Part shown: piece by piece, positions 55,387-64,000 of the stretch
How positions within the stretch are numbered: the first letter of the stretch is position 1
Layout: each line of letters starts with the position of its first letter
Assembly (NCBI GenBank): GCA_051877575.1
Contig: JBJEJA010000052.1
Location: 7,061-71,060 of the forward strand
DNA: 64,000 bases
From: Lachnospiraceae bacterium
Lineage (GTDB): Bacteria > Bacillota > Clostridia > Lachnospirales > Lachnospiraceae
Reading direction: 5' to 3'
Notes under the pieces: generated by a model
What the model was told of the DNA's origin: nothing
The model's input: only the letters and a program-made list of their open reading frames with translations
Database searches by the model: none
Made by a program: the position numbers and the translations under genes

Positions 55387-55678
55387 GCTCAAGTTATACT
55401 AATGTTAGGTTAGAAGAAAGCCAGTATTTAAGCGGGTTTCAGCTAATTTAGTCCTATAAAAAAATCGCATTTTTCATGTGCGAAAAGGGTTAGGACGGCG
55501 CCGGAATTAACTCAAATCGAGAGCAAAATGCATTAGTATGACACGAGCAGTCAGGGTGTTTTCAAAGGGAAGATTTTAATGACATTCTCACACGAGCTAT
55601 CTTGTTCGTATAATGGAAACTACTATTTCCTGTACACCAGTTTCGTGAAGTACAAATAACTGAATAACCATTATTTTG

Positions 55679-55742
55679 GTAGGACTAAGTTAGTTTTTCG
55701 GACTCAAAGTGTGAGTCAGGCTAATCGTAGTCCTACTTTTTT
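55679..55742 (+). terminator. Terminator-like hairpin in the leader of the parM-like gene
   Basis: gtaggacta...tagtcctac followed by T6, ~50 nt before the start codon. Confidence 0.6.
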
Positions 55743-55789
55743 ATTGATTTGCCATGGAAAACTAACTTAGATTAAGGAGGAAGCAGACG

Positions 55790-56710
55790 ATGAATAACAA
55801 AATCGAAGTAATTGGTATTGACCACGGCTGGAGTAATATTAAAACCTCTTCACAGGTATTCGTTACCGGCGTGAAGGAAATTACAACTGAACCTGCATTA
55901 TATGATGGCGTTCTTGAGTATAAAGGAAGATATTACAAGGTCGGAGGCAACAGACAGGAAGTAAAAAGCACAAAGACAGAGGATGATACATTTTATCTTT
56001 TGACTCTGGCAGCGGTTGCGAAGGAATTAAGACGAAGGGGCTTATGTGAAGCAAAGGTGCTCTTGGCGGTAGGATTGCCACTGACACGATTTGGCAGTGA
56101 GAAGTCAGACTTTATTAAGTATCTTACAGCGGAAAGGGATATCGAGTTTCTGTTTGAGAATATCAGGTATCATGTGGTAATTGAAAATGTTGCAGTATTT
56201 CCACAATGCTATGCGGCAGTTGCGGATAAGCTTCAGACTTTCAATAAGAAAACCTTGATAGTTGATATCGGGTCATGGACGATTGATATTATGCCGGTTG
56301 TAGATAAGGTTCCGGACGAATCAAAATGCGTAACCATTCCGAAGGGTCTGATAACCTGTATGAGAACCATTAATGAGCAGTGTGTAAGACAGTTGAATGG
56401 TGAACTGGATGAGTCTTTTATTCAGGATATTATGAGGTTTGGCAGATGTGAGATTGACAGAAAGTATTACGACATTGCGAAAGCAGAAATCGAAGCCTTT
56501 TGTGAGAAGGTGTATAACTCAATCAGAGAGTATGGATACAACTTATCTACAACACCCATTGTATTTGTAGGAGGCGGGGCATCAGTAATGAAGTTGTTTG
56601 GAGGACTTTCGCAGAGCAATATTACTTATATTCTGGATGTTAAGGCAAATGCCAAGGGCTATGAACAGTTAGCTATGATGGCAATTAGAAAGATGAAGAA
56701 GCTGGCATAG
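55790..56710 (+). CDS. ParM/StbA-family actin-like ATPase
   Basis: IGIDHGWSNIK, GLP, VDIGSWTID, VGGGA actin-fold motifs. Confidence 0.9.
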   Translation: MNNKIEVIGIDHGWSNIKTSSQVFVTGVKEITTEPALYDGVLEYKGRYYKVGGNRQEVKSTKTEDDTFYLLTLAAVAKELRRRGLCEAKVLLAVGLPLTRFGSEKSDFIKYLTAERDIEFLFENIRYHVVIENVAVFPQCYAAVADKLQTFNKKTLIVDIGSWTIDIMPVVDKVPDESKCVTIPKGLITCMRTINEQCVRQLNGELDESFIQDIMRFGRCEIDRKYYDIAKAEIEAFCEKVYNSIREYGYNLSTTPIVFVGGGASVMKLFGGLSQSNITYILDVKANAKGYEQLAMMAIRKMKKLA

Positions 56711-56722
56711 GAGGTGTGGCAG

Positions 56723-57160
56723 ATGGCATTAGACCATATTATTAAGCAATCATGCAGGTTCAATATTAAGAATCCCCAGCATCGCAAGGTTAATGATGTT
56801 TTGGTGAACTTAGACCCGGAGATATGTAAGTCAAAGAGCCAGTTTCTGATAAATGCGGCAGAATATTATATCGACCATTTTGGAAAAGAAGCATTTACAG
56901 AAGCAAGAAGAGATGACAGTCCTTATGTTACAAAGAAAGAACTGAAAGATATCGAGGAGAGAACTGTGGAAGCAGCAGTCACGGAAGCAAGAAACGAAGT
57001 GATTCGATTACTTGGAGGCGTGATTGCAGGATGTAGTAACCTTTCAGCTTTACCGCAGAGGGCAGTTACCGAAGAGGTTAAGCAGGAAGAGGAACCGCAG
57101 GATGATGATACGATTTCAGATTATGCATTAAGCTATTTGATGGATGGAATGGAGGAATAG
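56723..57160 (+). CDS. Putative ParR-like adaptor / DNA-binding protein
   Basis: Directly after parM; RHH-like N-terminus (SKSQFLINAAEYY); acidic tail. Confidence 0.6.
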   Translation: MALDHIIKQSCRFNIKNPQHRKVNDVLVNLDPEICKSKSQFLINAAEYYIDHFGKEAFTEARRDDSPYVTKKELKDIEERTVEAAVTEARNEVIRLLGGVIAGCSNLSALPQRAVTEEVKQEEEPQDDDTISDYALSYLMDGMEE

Positions 57161-57162
57161 GT

Positions 57163-57339
57163 ATGGCAGGAAGATTTTTAGCCGGATTAGGCAATGTATT
57201 AGCAGCAATATTGAAAGCAATCGCATGGCTGATATTAAATGCGTTGCAGTTGGTCCTAAATGTGGCAAAGGTCTTCCTCTTGCTGTTAGGACTTGTAGGC
57301 AGACTGTTTCTTGCATTTGTGAGAGCAGGAACACCATAG
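57163..57339 (+). CDS. 58-aa hydrophobic membrane peptide (absent from ORF track)
   Basis: GGAGG RBS; MAGRFLAGLGNVLAAILKAIAWLILNALQLVLNVAKVFLLLLGLVGRLFLAFVRAGTP. Confidence 0.75.
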   Translation: MAGRFLAGLGNVLAAILKAIAWLILNALQLVLNVAKVFLLLLGLVGRLFLAFVRAGTP

Positions 57340-57354
57340 GAAGGAGGCGGTAAC

Positions 57355-57432
57355 ATGAAGACTTTTGCAAATTACCGAAAGAACCGGAGATTGGTACAAT
57401 ATTTCTTCAGAATGAAGAAGTTATGTGTATAA
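57355..57432 (+). CDS. 25-aa basic peptide
   Basis: AAGGAGG RBS; MKTFANYRKNRRLVQYFFRMKKLCV. Confidence 0.45.
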   Translation: MKTFANYRKNRRLVQYFFRMKKLCV

Positions 57433-57572
57433 TGGAAGGAGAGTAGTATGCATCGAGTACGGGACAGACCCAAGATATGTGTCCCGTGTAAATAGAAATG
57501 TTCACACAGTAAGAGTGGACAGGCACGGAACACATTAGCCTATCCCTCTTACGGAAAGGGATGGGTGATATT

Positions 57573-58343
57573 ATGAAGAGATTATTTATTATTCTTTTAT
57601 CCGTAACGGTTTTGGCATTAGCTGGCTGTAATTCCACAGTTAAGGAAATGACGGAAGCAGATATCAGCTATGAAGAAACAAAAGAGACAGAGGAAAGCAA
57701 GGAGCCGGTTATTGCAGAAGGAAGTACGGTGGAAAGCTCTTCTGAAAACGAAACAGAGTTCCAAAGCAATAAGGATGAAGCTGAAAGCAGTGAAGCTCCT
57801 GTAAAGGATGATACCGAAAATCAGCCTGTTTCTGAAAACAGAGAGAATCAGACAGAACAAAGAGAAGAAACACCTGCATCCACGGAGCAAAGGGAGGAAA
57901 CGCAGCCACCGGTTCAGACACCGGAGCCAACTCCTACTCCTGAACCGACACCAGAGCCAACCCCGGAGCCGGAACATACACCGGCAGGATACAATCCGGG
58001 TACTGTGGTATCACTTGCCATTGCAAAGTGTCAGGCAGGAGGTATGATTACTACGCAGGATAACCTTGCAAATGCCTTGGCAGAGGGCAGAATTACGCAG
58101 GAAGAGTATAACGAGTATTATCCCTATGATGGTTTGGAGAGCAGCTACTACAGTGTGTTTGTGGAAACTGACTTAAATATAGCCAGTACGACTTCCGGAC
58201 AGCCATTAAGAAGTGAAGACGCTATTGCAACTTACATAGCGGATATGCTTCTTTTAGAAAGTAACCCGGTGTTCAATGTGGTATATGCGGGTGTGTACTC
58301 CAGAAATGGAACTGACTTCTATGAGTTCCGATGTCTCAGATAA
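57573..58343 (+). CDS. Lipoprotein with acidic / Pro-Glu-Pro-Thr linker
   Basis: MKRLF...lipobox LAGC; (PEPT)n linker; globular C-terminal domain. Confidence 0.85.
   Translation: MKRLFIILLSVTVLALAGCNSTVKEMTEADISYEETKETEESKEPVIAEGSTVESSSENETEFQSNKDEAESSEAPVKDDTENQPVSENRENQTEQREETPASTEQREETQPPVQTPEPTPTPEPTPEPTPEPEHTPAGYNPGTVVSLAIAKCQAGGMITTQDNLANALAEGRITQEEYNEYYPYDGLESSYYSVFVETDLNIASTTSGQPLRSEDAIATYIADMLLLESNPVFNVVYAGVYSRNGTDFYEFRCLR
57918..57983 (+). repeat. Degenerate 12-bp coding repeat (TPEP)n
   Basis: TPEPTPTPEPTPEPTPEPEHTP. Confidence 0.8.
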
Positions 58344-58421
58344 CAAATTAACAATAACAAAAATTGCAGGCCATGAAAGTGACCTGCTTTTTTTGTGCCC
58401 ATTTTTAAGGAGGAATGAAAA

Positions 58422-61400
58422 GTGAAACAAAAGCTTAGAAGATTTATGGCAGGTTTTCTTGCTGTTCTTACGATGTTCACCACATTGTTCTCTAACGGAA
58501 CAACTGCATTTGCAGCAAGTCCGAGTGCGAATATTGCCTTCTGGAATGCTTCTGTAAAGAATACCGGGGAGGTAAGTGAGTTAAAGGCAGGCTACAATCA
58601 TGGTAAGATTTTGTATTCTATGATTGATGGCAATGCAGCCTATTGTATGAATTTTGGACTGGCGGCTGATGGTGGTCAGCTTATGAACAGCTATGATAAT
58701 CCGAGCACGAGTTTATCAGCAGCACAGGAAAAACAGCTTGCATACTGTCTGTACTTTGGATATGGATGTAACTCAGCTACAGCACCAAGTAATGATCAGT
58801 GCGACCAGTATATTGCAACACAGGCAATGGTATGGGCGATTGTGGCAAACCTTTTTGGAACAGGTTCCGATGATTCGGCAGCAAGCAAGCTGTGTGCGTC
58901 TGCACCAAATCCGACAAGTTCTTACAGCTATTATACAACGCTTAAGAACAATATCAGTGCATCGTATTATGCTACAAGACCGAGTTTTGCAAGCGCAACA
59001 AAGAGTGGTGCAACAACTTATGAGTTGAAGTGGAACGAAGGCAATCAGAGATTTGAGACAACTTTAACCGATTCCAATGGCGTATTGTCAAATTTCGATA
59101 TTTCCCTCAGTGGATATTCTGTAGAGAAGAGTGGTAACAGCGTAACGATTCACACAACATCTGTGAATACTACAGCTACCACGGCAACCATGAACTCAAC
59201 AGCAGGAGTTGTGGAAACAACATCAAGCTGCGTGTTCTGGCTTACCGGAAAGTCAGGCTATCAGGAGTTTATTTCTGAGAAGCCTTCAGCAGATCCGGTG
59301 TCAGCGTATTTCAAGGTTAAGACTGAGAATATCGGTTATGGAAAGATTACCAAGCAGGACGAGGAGAGTGGTGTGAAGCTTTCCGGTGCAAAGTATGGTA
59401 TCTATACTGACAGTGCCTGCACCAATAAGGTGGACACTATTACTACCGGAAGTGATGGTACAGCTACTTCCAAGGCACTTGTGGCAGGCACTTATTATGT
59501 GAAGGAGATTCAGGCTCCGAAGGGTTATGTGCTTAGTGGAAAGGTACACACACTTACTGTTAAGGCAGGTCAGACAACTTCCTTTACTGCAACTGATAAG
59601 GAGCAGCTTGGAGCACTGACTATTTACAAGGAAGGTGAGGTACTTACCGGATGGAATGGAAGTAACTTTACTTATGAAGTAAAGAAATTGCCGGGAGCAA
59701 CATTTAAGGTGACTGCCGGTGCTGATATCTATAAGGCAGATGGTACAAAGGTTTACAGTAAGGGAGATTTGATTGCAGAAAACCTTGTAACAGGTTCTGA
59801 CGGTCTGGTTGTTCTTACAGACCTTCATCTTGGCTCTTATGTGGTAACGGAAACTAAGAGCATTGATGGATATACCATCAACACTACTCCCGTGCCAGTG
59901 AATATTGAGTACAAGGACCAGAATGTGGAAGTACAGTATGAATCAGCAACCATTCAGAATACAAGACAGAAGGCAGAGGTTTCTGTAGTAAAGAAAGACT
60001 CTGATACTGCAAATCCGTTAGATGGCGGTAAATTCACTTTATACGCCGGTAATGATATTAAAAACTATGCAGGTCAGGTTATCGTTACCAAAGGTACTGC
60101 ATTGCAGACAGTCACTACAGGTGAGGATGGTAAGGCAGCATACTCTTTGGATTTGCCGATTGCAAACAGCTACTATATTTCTGAGTCACAGGCTCCTTAT
60201 GGATATGTGAGAAACAGCAGCGATGTTTACAGCTTCAACTTCAATTACCTGTCAGAGACTACAGCCAAGGCTACTTTCAGCCATGAGTTTGTAAATGACA
60301 GAACCACTGCAAAGATTCATATCTTCAAGGTGGATAAGGAAACAGGTCTTCCCGTACCACAGGGAGATGCTACCTTAGAAGGAGCAGTTTACGGTTTGTA
60401 TGCCCGTGATGATATTATGCATCCGGACGGAGCAACCGGAGTCGTATTTAAGGCGAACGATTTGGTAGCTACCATGACAACTGATGCCAATGGCAATGCG
60501 GAGGTGAATAACCTTTATCTTGGAAATTACTATGTAAAGGAAATTACTCCACCTGAAGGCTATCTTTTGGATGAGGAAGAGCATGATGTAGTCTGCGATT
60601 ATGAAGGAGATCTTGTTGCGGAGGTATCAAGAAGCACAACTTCCAAAGAGCAGGTTATGAAGCAGCCATTCCAGTTGATTAAGGTATCTGATAATGGAGA
60701 TGATACAGAAGCTCCATTGCTTGAAAAAGCAGGCTTTACAGCTTACCTTAAGTCATCTTTATCCGTAAAAGAAGATGGCGGTTATGATTTTGACAGTGCA
60801 ACTCCTGTTGTAATTGGTGCAAATGGAGAGACACAGCTTTTCACAGATGAAAAGGGACATCTGGTAACCATTCCTATCCCTTATGGAACTTATGTGGTAA
60901 TTGAGACAGTAACTCCTCATAACATGGAGACAATCAAGCCATTTGAGGTTCATGTTACGGAGAATCATCCGACAGAACCGCAGGTCTGGAGAGTGTTTGT
61001 GGACAGAGAGTTTACAGCAAAGCTTCGTGTGATTAAGAAGGATGCAGATACCAAAATGACGGTTCTTATTCCTAACACAGAGTTTAAGATTTTCAATATG
61101 GATACCAATAAGTATGTGGAGATGATTACCACTTACCCGTCAAAGAAAGTCCATACTTCATTCTTTACTGATGCAGATGGTGATTTGATTTTGCCGGATG
61201 TATTACCTCTTGGTAATTACCGTATTGAAGAAGTGGCAGCTCCTTTTGGATATGTACTCAATGAAAACTATGTGGAAGTAAAAGTGGATACTGATACTTT
61301 CTACGAAGTGGACCCTGACACTTACGAAGCAATCATTACTATAGAGTATGAAGATGCTCCTGCTGTTGGTGAGCTTGTAATTGAGAAGAAGGGTGAGGTA

Positions 61401-63800
61401 CTGGATGCATATAAGGGCGGTTTATTTGCAGATTCCGAAGATAAGGAATTTGTCTACAGAGAAGGTTCCCTTGCCAGTGCTAAGTTTGAAATCTATGCAG
61501 CTGAGGATATTTACACAGCAGACATGCAGACAGATGAGAACGGAAACCGAAACAAGTATTATGCAGAAGGTGATCTGGTTGCAACTGTTGTAACCGGGGA
61601 GGACGGAAAAGCAAAAGTTTCAGACCTTCCTCTTGGAAAGTACAGAGTGGTAGAAGTGGAAGCTCCTTACGGTTATGTACTGAACAAAGAAGAGCAGTTT
61701 GTAACTTTCGTATATGTGGATGATAAGACACCTGTTATCAAGGAAAGTCTGACATTTGCAAATGACAGACAGAAGGTTGATTTATCCGTAGCAAAACTGG
61801 ATGGAGAGACCGGTTTGCCGGTTTCCGGTGCTGAGTTTGGCTTATATGCAGCGGAGGATATTGTAAATGTGGATGGAAAGGTAATCGTAGAGAAAGATAC
61901 TTTACTTGAGGTAGCAGTATCTGATGCAAACGGCGATATCCAGTTCATAAAGGATTATCCTCTGGGTCATTACTATGCGAAGGAAATCAAGGCACCTGCC
62001 GGCTATGTATCATGCGATGATGTGATCGAATTTGATGCAGAGTATCAGGGACAGGAAGTGAAGTATGCAACAATTATAGCAAACTTCCACAATATGCCTA
62101 CAACTTTTGAGTTTACGAAGGAAGATATTACAAGTGGTGCAGAGCTTTCCGGTGCAACACTGACTGTTCTTGATAAGGACGGGAATGTGGTTGATACCTG
62201 GACATCCAAGGCAGGGGAAGCACATGTGATTAAGAAGCTTGTAGTAGGTGAATCTTATGTGCTTCGTGAGGAATTTGCTCCTTACGGATACCTAAAGGCA
62301 TCGGATGTAACCTTTACTGTAGAGGATACGGAGGAAATCCAGAGCGTTGTTATGAAGGATGAGGTCCCTACCGGGTCAATCATCATCAACAAGGATGGAG
62401 AGTTCCTGACAGACATTAACCTTGTAAAAGGTAAGTGGTATGACTTTGTATTCGATTACTTCAAGAAATCTCTTGCAGGCGTTACCTTTGAGGTTTATGC
62501 AAGAGAGGACATTGTAAGTCCGGATGGTCTTGACACTGTATATTATGAGGCTGATGAGCTTGTGGCAACCATTGTTACAAATGACAAAGGAATTGCCATG
62601 ATTAGTGATTTGCCGCTTGGCAAGTACTACCTTGTTGAGACTGCAACTATCGAGGGATTTGTGCTTGACAGTACACCAATCGAAGCAAATCTTTCCTATA
62701 TCGACCAGAATACCGAAGTGGTATATGCAGGTATGGATGTAACCAATGAGAGACAGAAGGTGCAGATTACTGTTATCAAGAAGGATGCTGAGACGAAGAA
62801 GGCTCTTGAGGGAGCAGTATTCGGCTTATATGCAAAGGAAGACATTTTCGATGCTGATGGCAGACTGATTGTAGCAGCTGATACTTTCATTGAGAAAGCA
62901 GTAACTGGAGCTGACGGAACGGTAACCTTCATTTCAGACCTTCCTCTCGGACAGTATTATGTGAAGGAAATGGAAGCTCCTGCCGGATATGTGAAGTCTG
63001 ATGAATGCTTTGATGTGGATGCTTCTTATCAGGGTGATGATGTGGAAGTAATTGAATTTGAGGCAGAATTTGAAAACTATCCTACCAAGCTTGAAATTTC
63101 CAAGACTGATATTACCGGAGAGCATGAGCTTAAGGGAGCAAAGCTTTCCATTATTGATGCTAATGGAAATGTGGTTTACAGCTGGGAGTCCGATGGAACA
63201 GTTCATGTCATCGACAGAATTCCTGTTGGCAAGTATATCTTAAGGGAAGAGATTGCCCCTTATGGATACAGAATTGCAAATGATGTGGAGTTTGAGGTGA
63301 CTGAGACAAAGGAAATTCAGAAGGTATCCATGAAGGATGAGCTTGTGAACGGAAAGATTATCATTGATAAGACTGACGAATATACCAAGAAGGGTATTGC
63401 CGGAGTAGAGTTTGAAATCCGTGACAAAGATGGTAATGTGATTGAAAAACTTGTGACTGACAAGAACGGTCATGCGGAATCCGGAGAACTTCCGATTGGT
63501 GTATTCAAGGATGGCGAGTTCGTGGAGGATATCAAGTATTATGTGGTCGAGACTAAGGCTGCAGAAGGGTATATCCTTGATGAGACCGTGCACGAAGTGG
63601 TATTACAGTATGACGATGCAGCCCCTGAGGTTGTGACATATACACTGAATATTACCAACAAGCCTACGGAACCAAAGCTTCCACAGACCGGGGATAACTT
63701 CAATCCTTGGCTTTTTGCCGGACTTGGTCTGGCTGCAATGTTAGCAGGAGCAGGTGCTTTCTTCTGGAGAAAGAAGGAAGAGGATGAAGTAACTGAATAA
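58422..63800 (+). CDS. Sortase-anchored adhesin: thioester domain plus ~13 Cna-B/SpaA repeats and LPQTG
   Basis: Signal peptide; AYCMN and ATQAMVW motifs; repeated Y-x-V-x-E-x-x-AP-x-GY; LPQTG, TM and RKK tail. Confidence 0.9.
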   Translation: MKQKLRRFMAGFLAVLTMFTTLFSNGTTAFAASPSANIAFWNASVKNTGEVSELKAGYNHGKILYSMIDGNAAYCMNFGLAADGGQLMNSYDNPSTSLSAAQEKQLAYCLYFGYGCNSATAPSNDQCDQYIATQAMVWAIVANLFGTGSDDSAASKLCASAPNPTSSYSYYTTLKNNISASYYATRPSFASATKSGATTYELKWNEGNQRFETTLTDSNGVLSNFDISLSGYSVEKSGNSVTIHTTSVNTTATTATMNSTAGVVETTSSCVFWLTGKSGYQEFISEKPSADPVSAYFKVKTENIGYGKITKQDEESGVKLSGAKYGIYTDSACTNKVDTITTGSDGTATSKALVAGTYYVKEIQAPKGYVLSGKVHTLTVKAGQTTSFTATDKEQLGALTIYKEGEVLTGWNGSNFTYEVKKLPGATFKVTAGADIYKADGTKVYSKGDLIAENLVTGSDGLVVLTDLHLGSYVVTETKSIDGYTINTTPVPVNIEYKDQNVEVQYESATIQNTRQKAEVSVVKKDSDTANPLDGGKFTLYAGNDIKNYAGQVIVTKGTALQTVTTGEDGKAAYSLDLPIANSYYISESQAPYGYVRNSSDVYSFNFNYLSETTAKATFSHEFVNDRTTAKIHIFKVDKETGLPVPQGDATLEGAVYGLYARDDIMHPDGATGVVFKANDLVATMTTDANGNAEVNNLYLGNYYVKEITPPEGYLLDEEEHDVVCDYEGDLVAEVSRSTTSKEQVMKQPFQLIKVSDNGDDTEAPLLEKAGFTAYLKSSLSVKEDGGYDFDSATPVVIGANGETQLFTDEKGHLVTIPIPYGTYVVIETVTPHNMETIKPFEVHVTENHPTEPQVWRVFVDREFTAKLRVIKKDADTKMTVLIPNTEFKIFNMDTNKYVEMITTYPSKKVHTSFFTDADGDLILPDVLPLGNYRIEEVAAPFGYVLNENYVEVKVDTDTFYEVDPDTYEAIITIEYEDAPAVGELVIEKKGEVLDAYKGGLFADSEDKEFVYREGSLASAKFEIYAAEDIYTADMQTDENGNRNKYYAEGDLVATVVTGEDGKAKVSDLPLGKYRVVEVEAPYGYVLNKEEQFVTFVYVDDKTPVIKESLTFANDRQKVDLSVAKLDGETGLPVSGAEFGLYAAEDIVNVDGKVIVEKDTLLEVAVSDANGDIQFIKDYPLGHYYAKEIKAPAGYVSCDDVIEFDAEYQGQEVKYATIIANFHNMPTTFEFTKEDITSGAELSGATLTVLDKDGNVVDTWTSKAGEAHVIKKLVVGESYVLREEFAPYGYLKASDVTFTVEDTEEIQSVVMKDEVPTGSIIINKDGEFLTDINLVKGKWYDFVFDYFKKSLAGVTFEVYAREDIVSPDGLDTVYYEADELVATIVTNDKGIAMISDLPLGKYYLVETATIEGFVLDSTPIEANLSYIDQNTEVVYAGMDVTNERQKVQITVIKKDAETKKALEGAVFGLYAKEDIFDADGRLIVAADTFIEKAVTGADGTVTFISDLPLGQYYVKEMEAPAGYVKSDECFDVDASYQGDDVEVIEFEAEFENYPTKLEISKTDITGEHELKGAKLSIIDANGNVVYSWESDGTVHVIDRIPVGKYILREEIAPYGYRIANDVEFEVTETKEIQKVSMKDELVNGKIIIDKTDEYTKKGIAGVEFEIRDKDGNVIEKLVTDKNGHAESGELPIGVFKDGEFVEDIKYYVVETKAAEGYILDETVHEVVLQYDDAAPEVVTYTLNITNKPTEPKLPQTGDNFNPWLFAGLGLAAMLAGAGAFFWRKKEEDEVTE

Positions 63801-63810
63801 TGTATTTTCA

Positions 63811-63849
63811 AAGAGGTGTAGGCCGTAATAGCTTACACCTCTTTGTTTT
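63811..63849 (+). terminator. Terminator after the adhesin gene
   Basis: aagaggtgtaggc...gcttacacctctt followed by a T-rich tail. Confidence 0.8.
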
Positions 63850-63861
63850 GGAGGAACAGCT

Positions 63862-64000
63862 TTGATTGGAGAAAAGATAAAGGAATACCGGGACAGGCGA
63901 GGTTATTCAAGGGCGGAATTAGGAAGACTATGCGGATTTGGAAGTAATAGCGAAGCCATTATTTCAGGATTTGAGCGTGACGAAGGATTTCCGGATCTTG
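63862..64000 (+). CDS. XRE-family HTH regulator (partial, runs off the window)
   Basis: GGAGG RBS plus TTG; MIGEKIKEYRDRRGYSRAELGRLCG...IISGFERDEGFPDL. Confidence 0.8.
   Translation, partial: MIGEKIKEYRDRRGYSRAELGRLCGFGSNSEAIISGFERDEGFPDL

Larger units (their letters stand above)
55385..64000 (+). mobile_element. Left part of a putative integrative conjugative element
   Basis: Abrupt junction in the MKATG stub; ParM/ParR-like pair, lipoprotein, LPXTG Cna-B adhesin, XRE regulator. No integrase or T4SS gene is visible within the window. Confidence 0.75.

Noticed and set aside
55171-55392. 73-aa minus-strand ORF
   Set aside because: It overlaps the promoter, RBS and MKATG stub on the opposite strand and has no recognisable features.
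57918-57983. CRISPR-like or VNTR repeat
   Set aside because: It is a degenerate in-frame Pro-rich linker. No repeat-spacer array or cas gene was seen anywhere in the window.

Overview
Core chromosomal segment of a low-GC, spore-forming anaerobe. The gene content suggests Clostridia, probably Lachnospiraceae. Genes run mostly on the + strand: rpsF-ssb-rpsR-gdpP-rplI-dnaB, a ferredoxin missed by the ORF track, a pyruvate formate-lyase locus, mecA, spore and cell-wall hydrolases, sua5-rpiB-upp, a complete F1Fo atp operon, queT with a preQ1-like riboswitch, prs-dnaC-dnaD next to a DnaA-box cluster, murC, glgCD-spoVG-ddh-pth-mfd, a hybrid kinase and a lone carB. From about 55385 the window enters a putative integrative conjugative element (ParM/ParR-like pair, lipoprotein, 1792-aa thioester/Cna-B LPXTG adhesin, XRE regulator). 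Three observations stand out. (1) The element appears to be inserted after codon 5 of the forespore regulator spoVT: a sigF/sigG-type promoter, an RBS and MKATG remain, then the frame breaks. (2) PFL is split into a catalytic barrel and a separate glycyl-radical subunit, and two small Cys-tailed proteins (one in the operon, one about 40 kb away beside a hybrid kinase) copy that subunit's docking helix and strand but lack the radical Gly. (3) A promoter-driven, end-paired candidate ncRNA of about 230 nt lies divergent from mecA. All family assignments come from motif recognition by eye; no searches were run.
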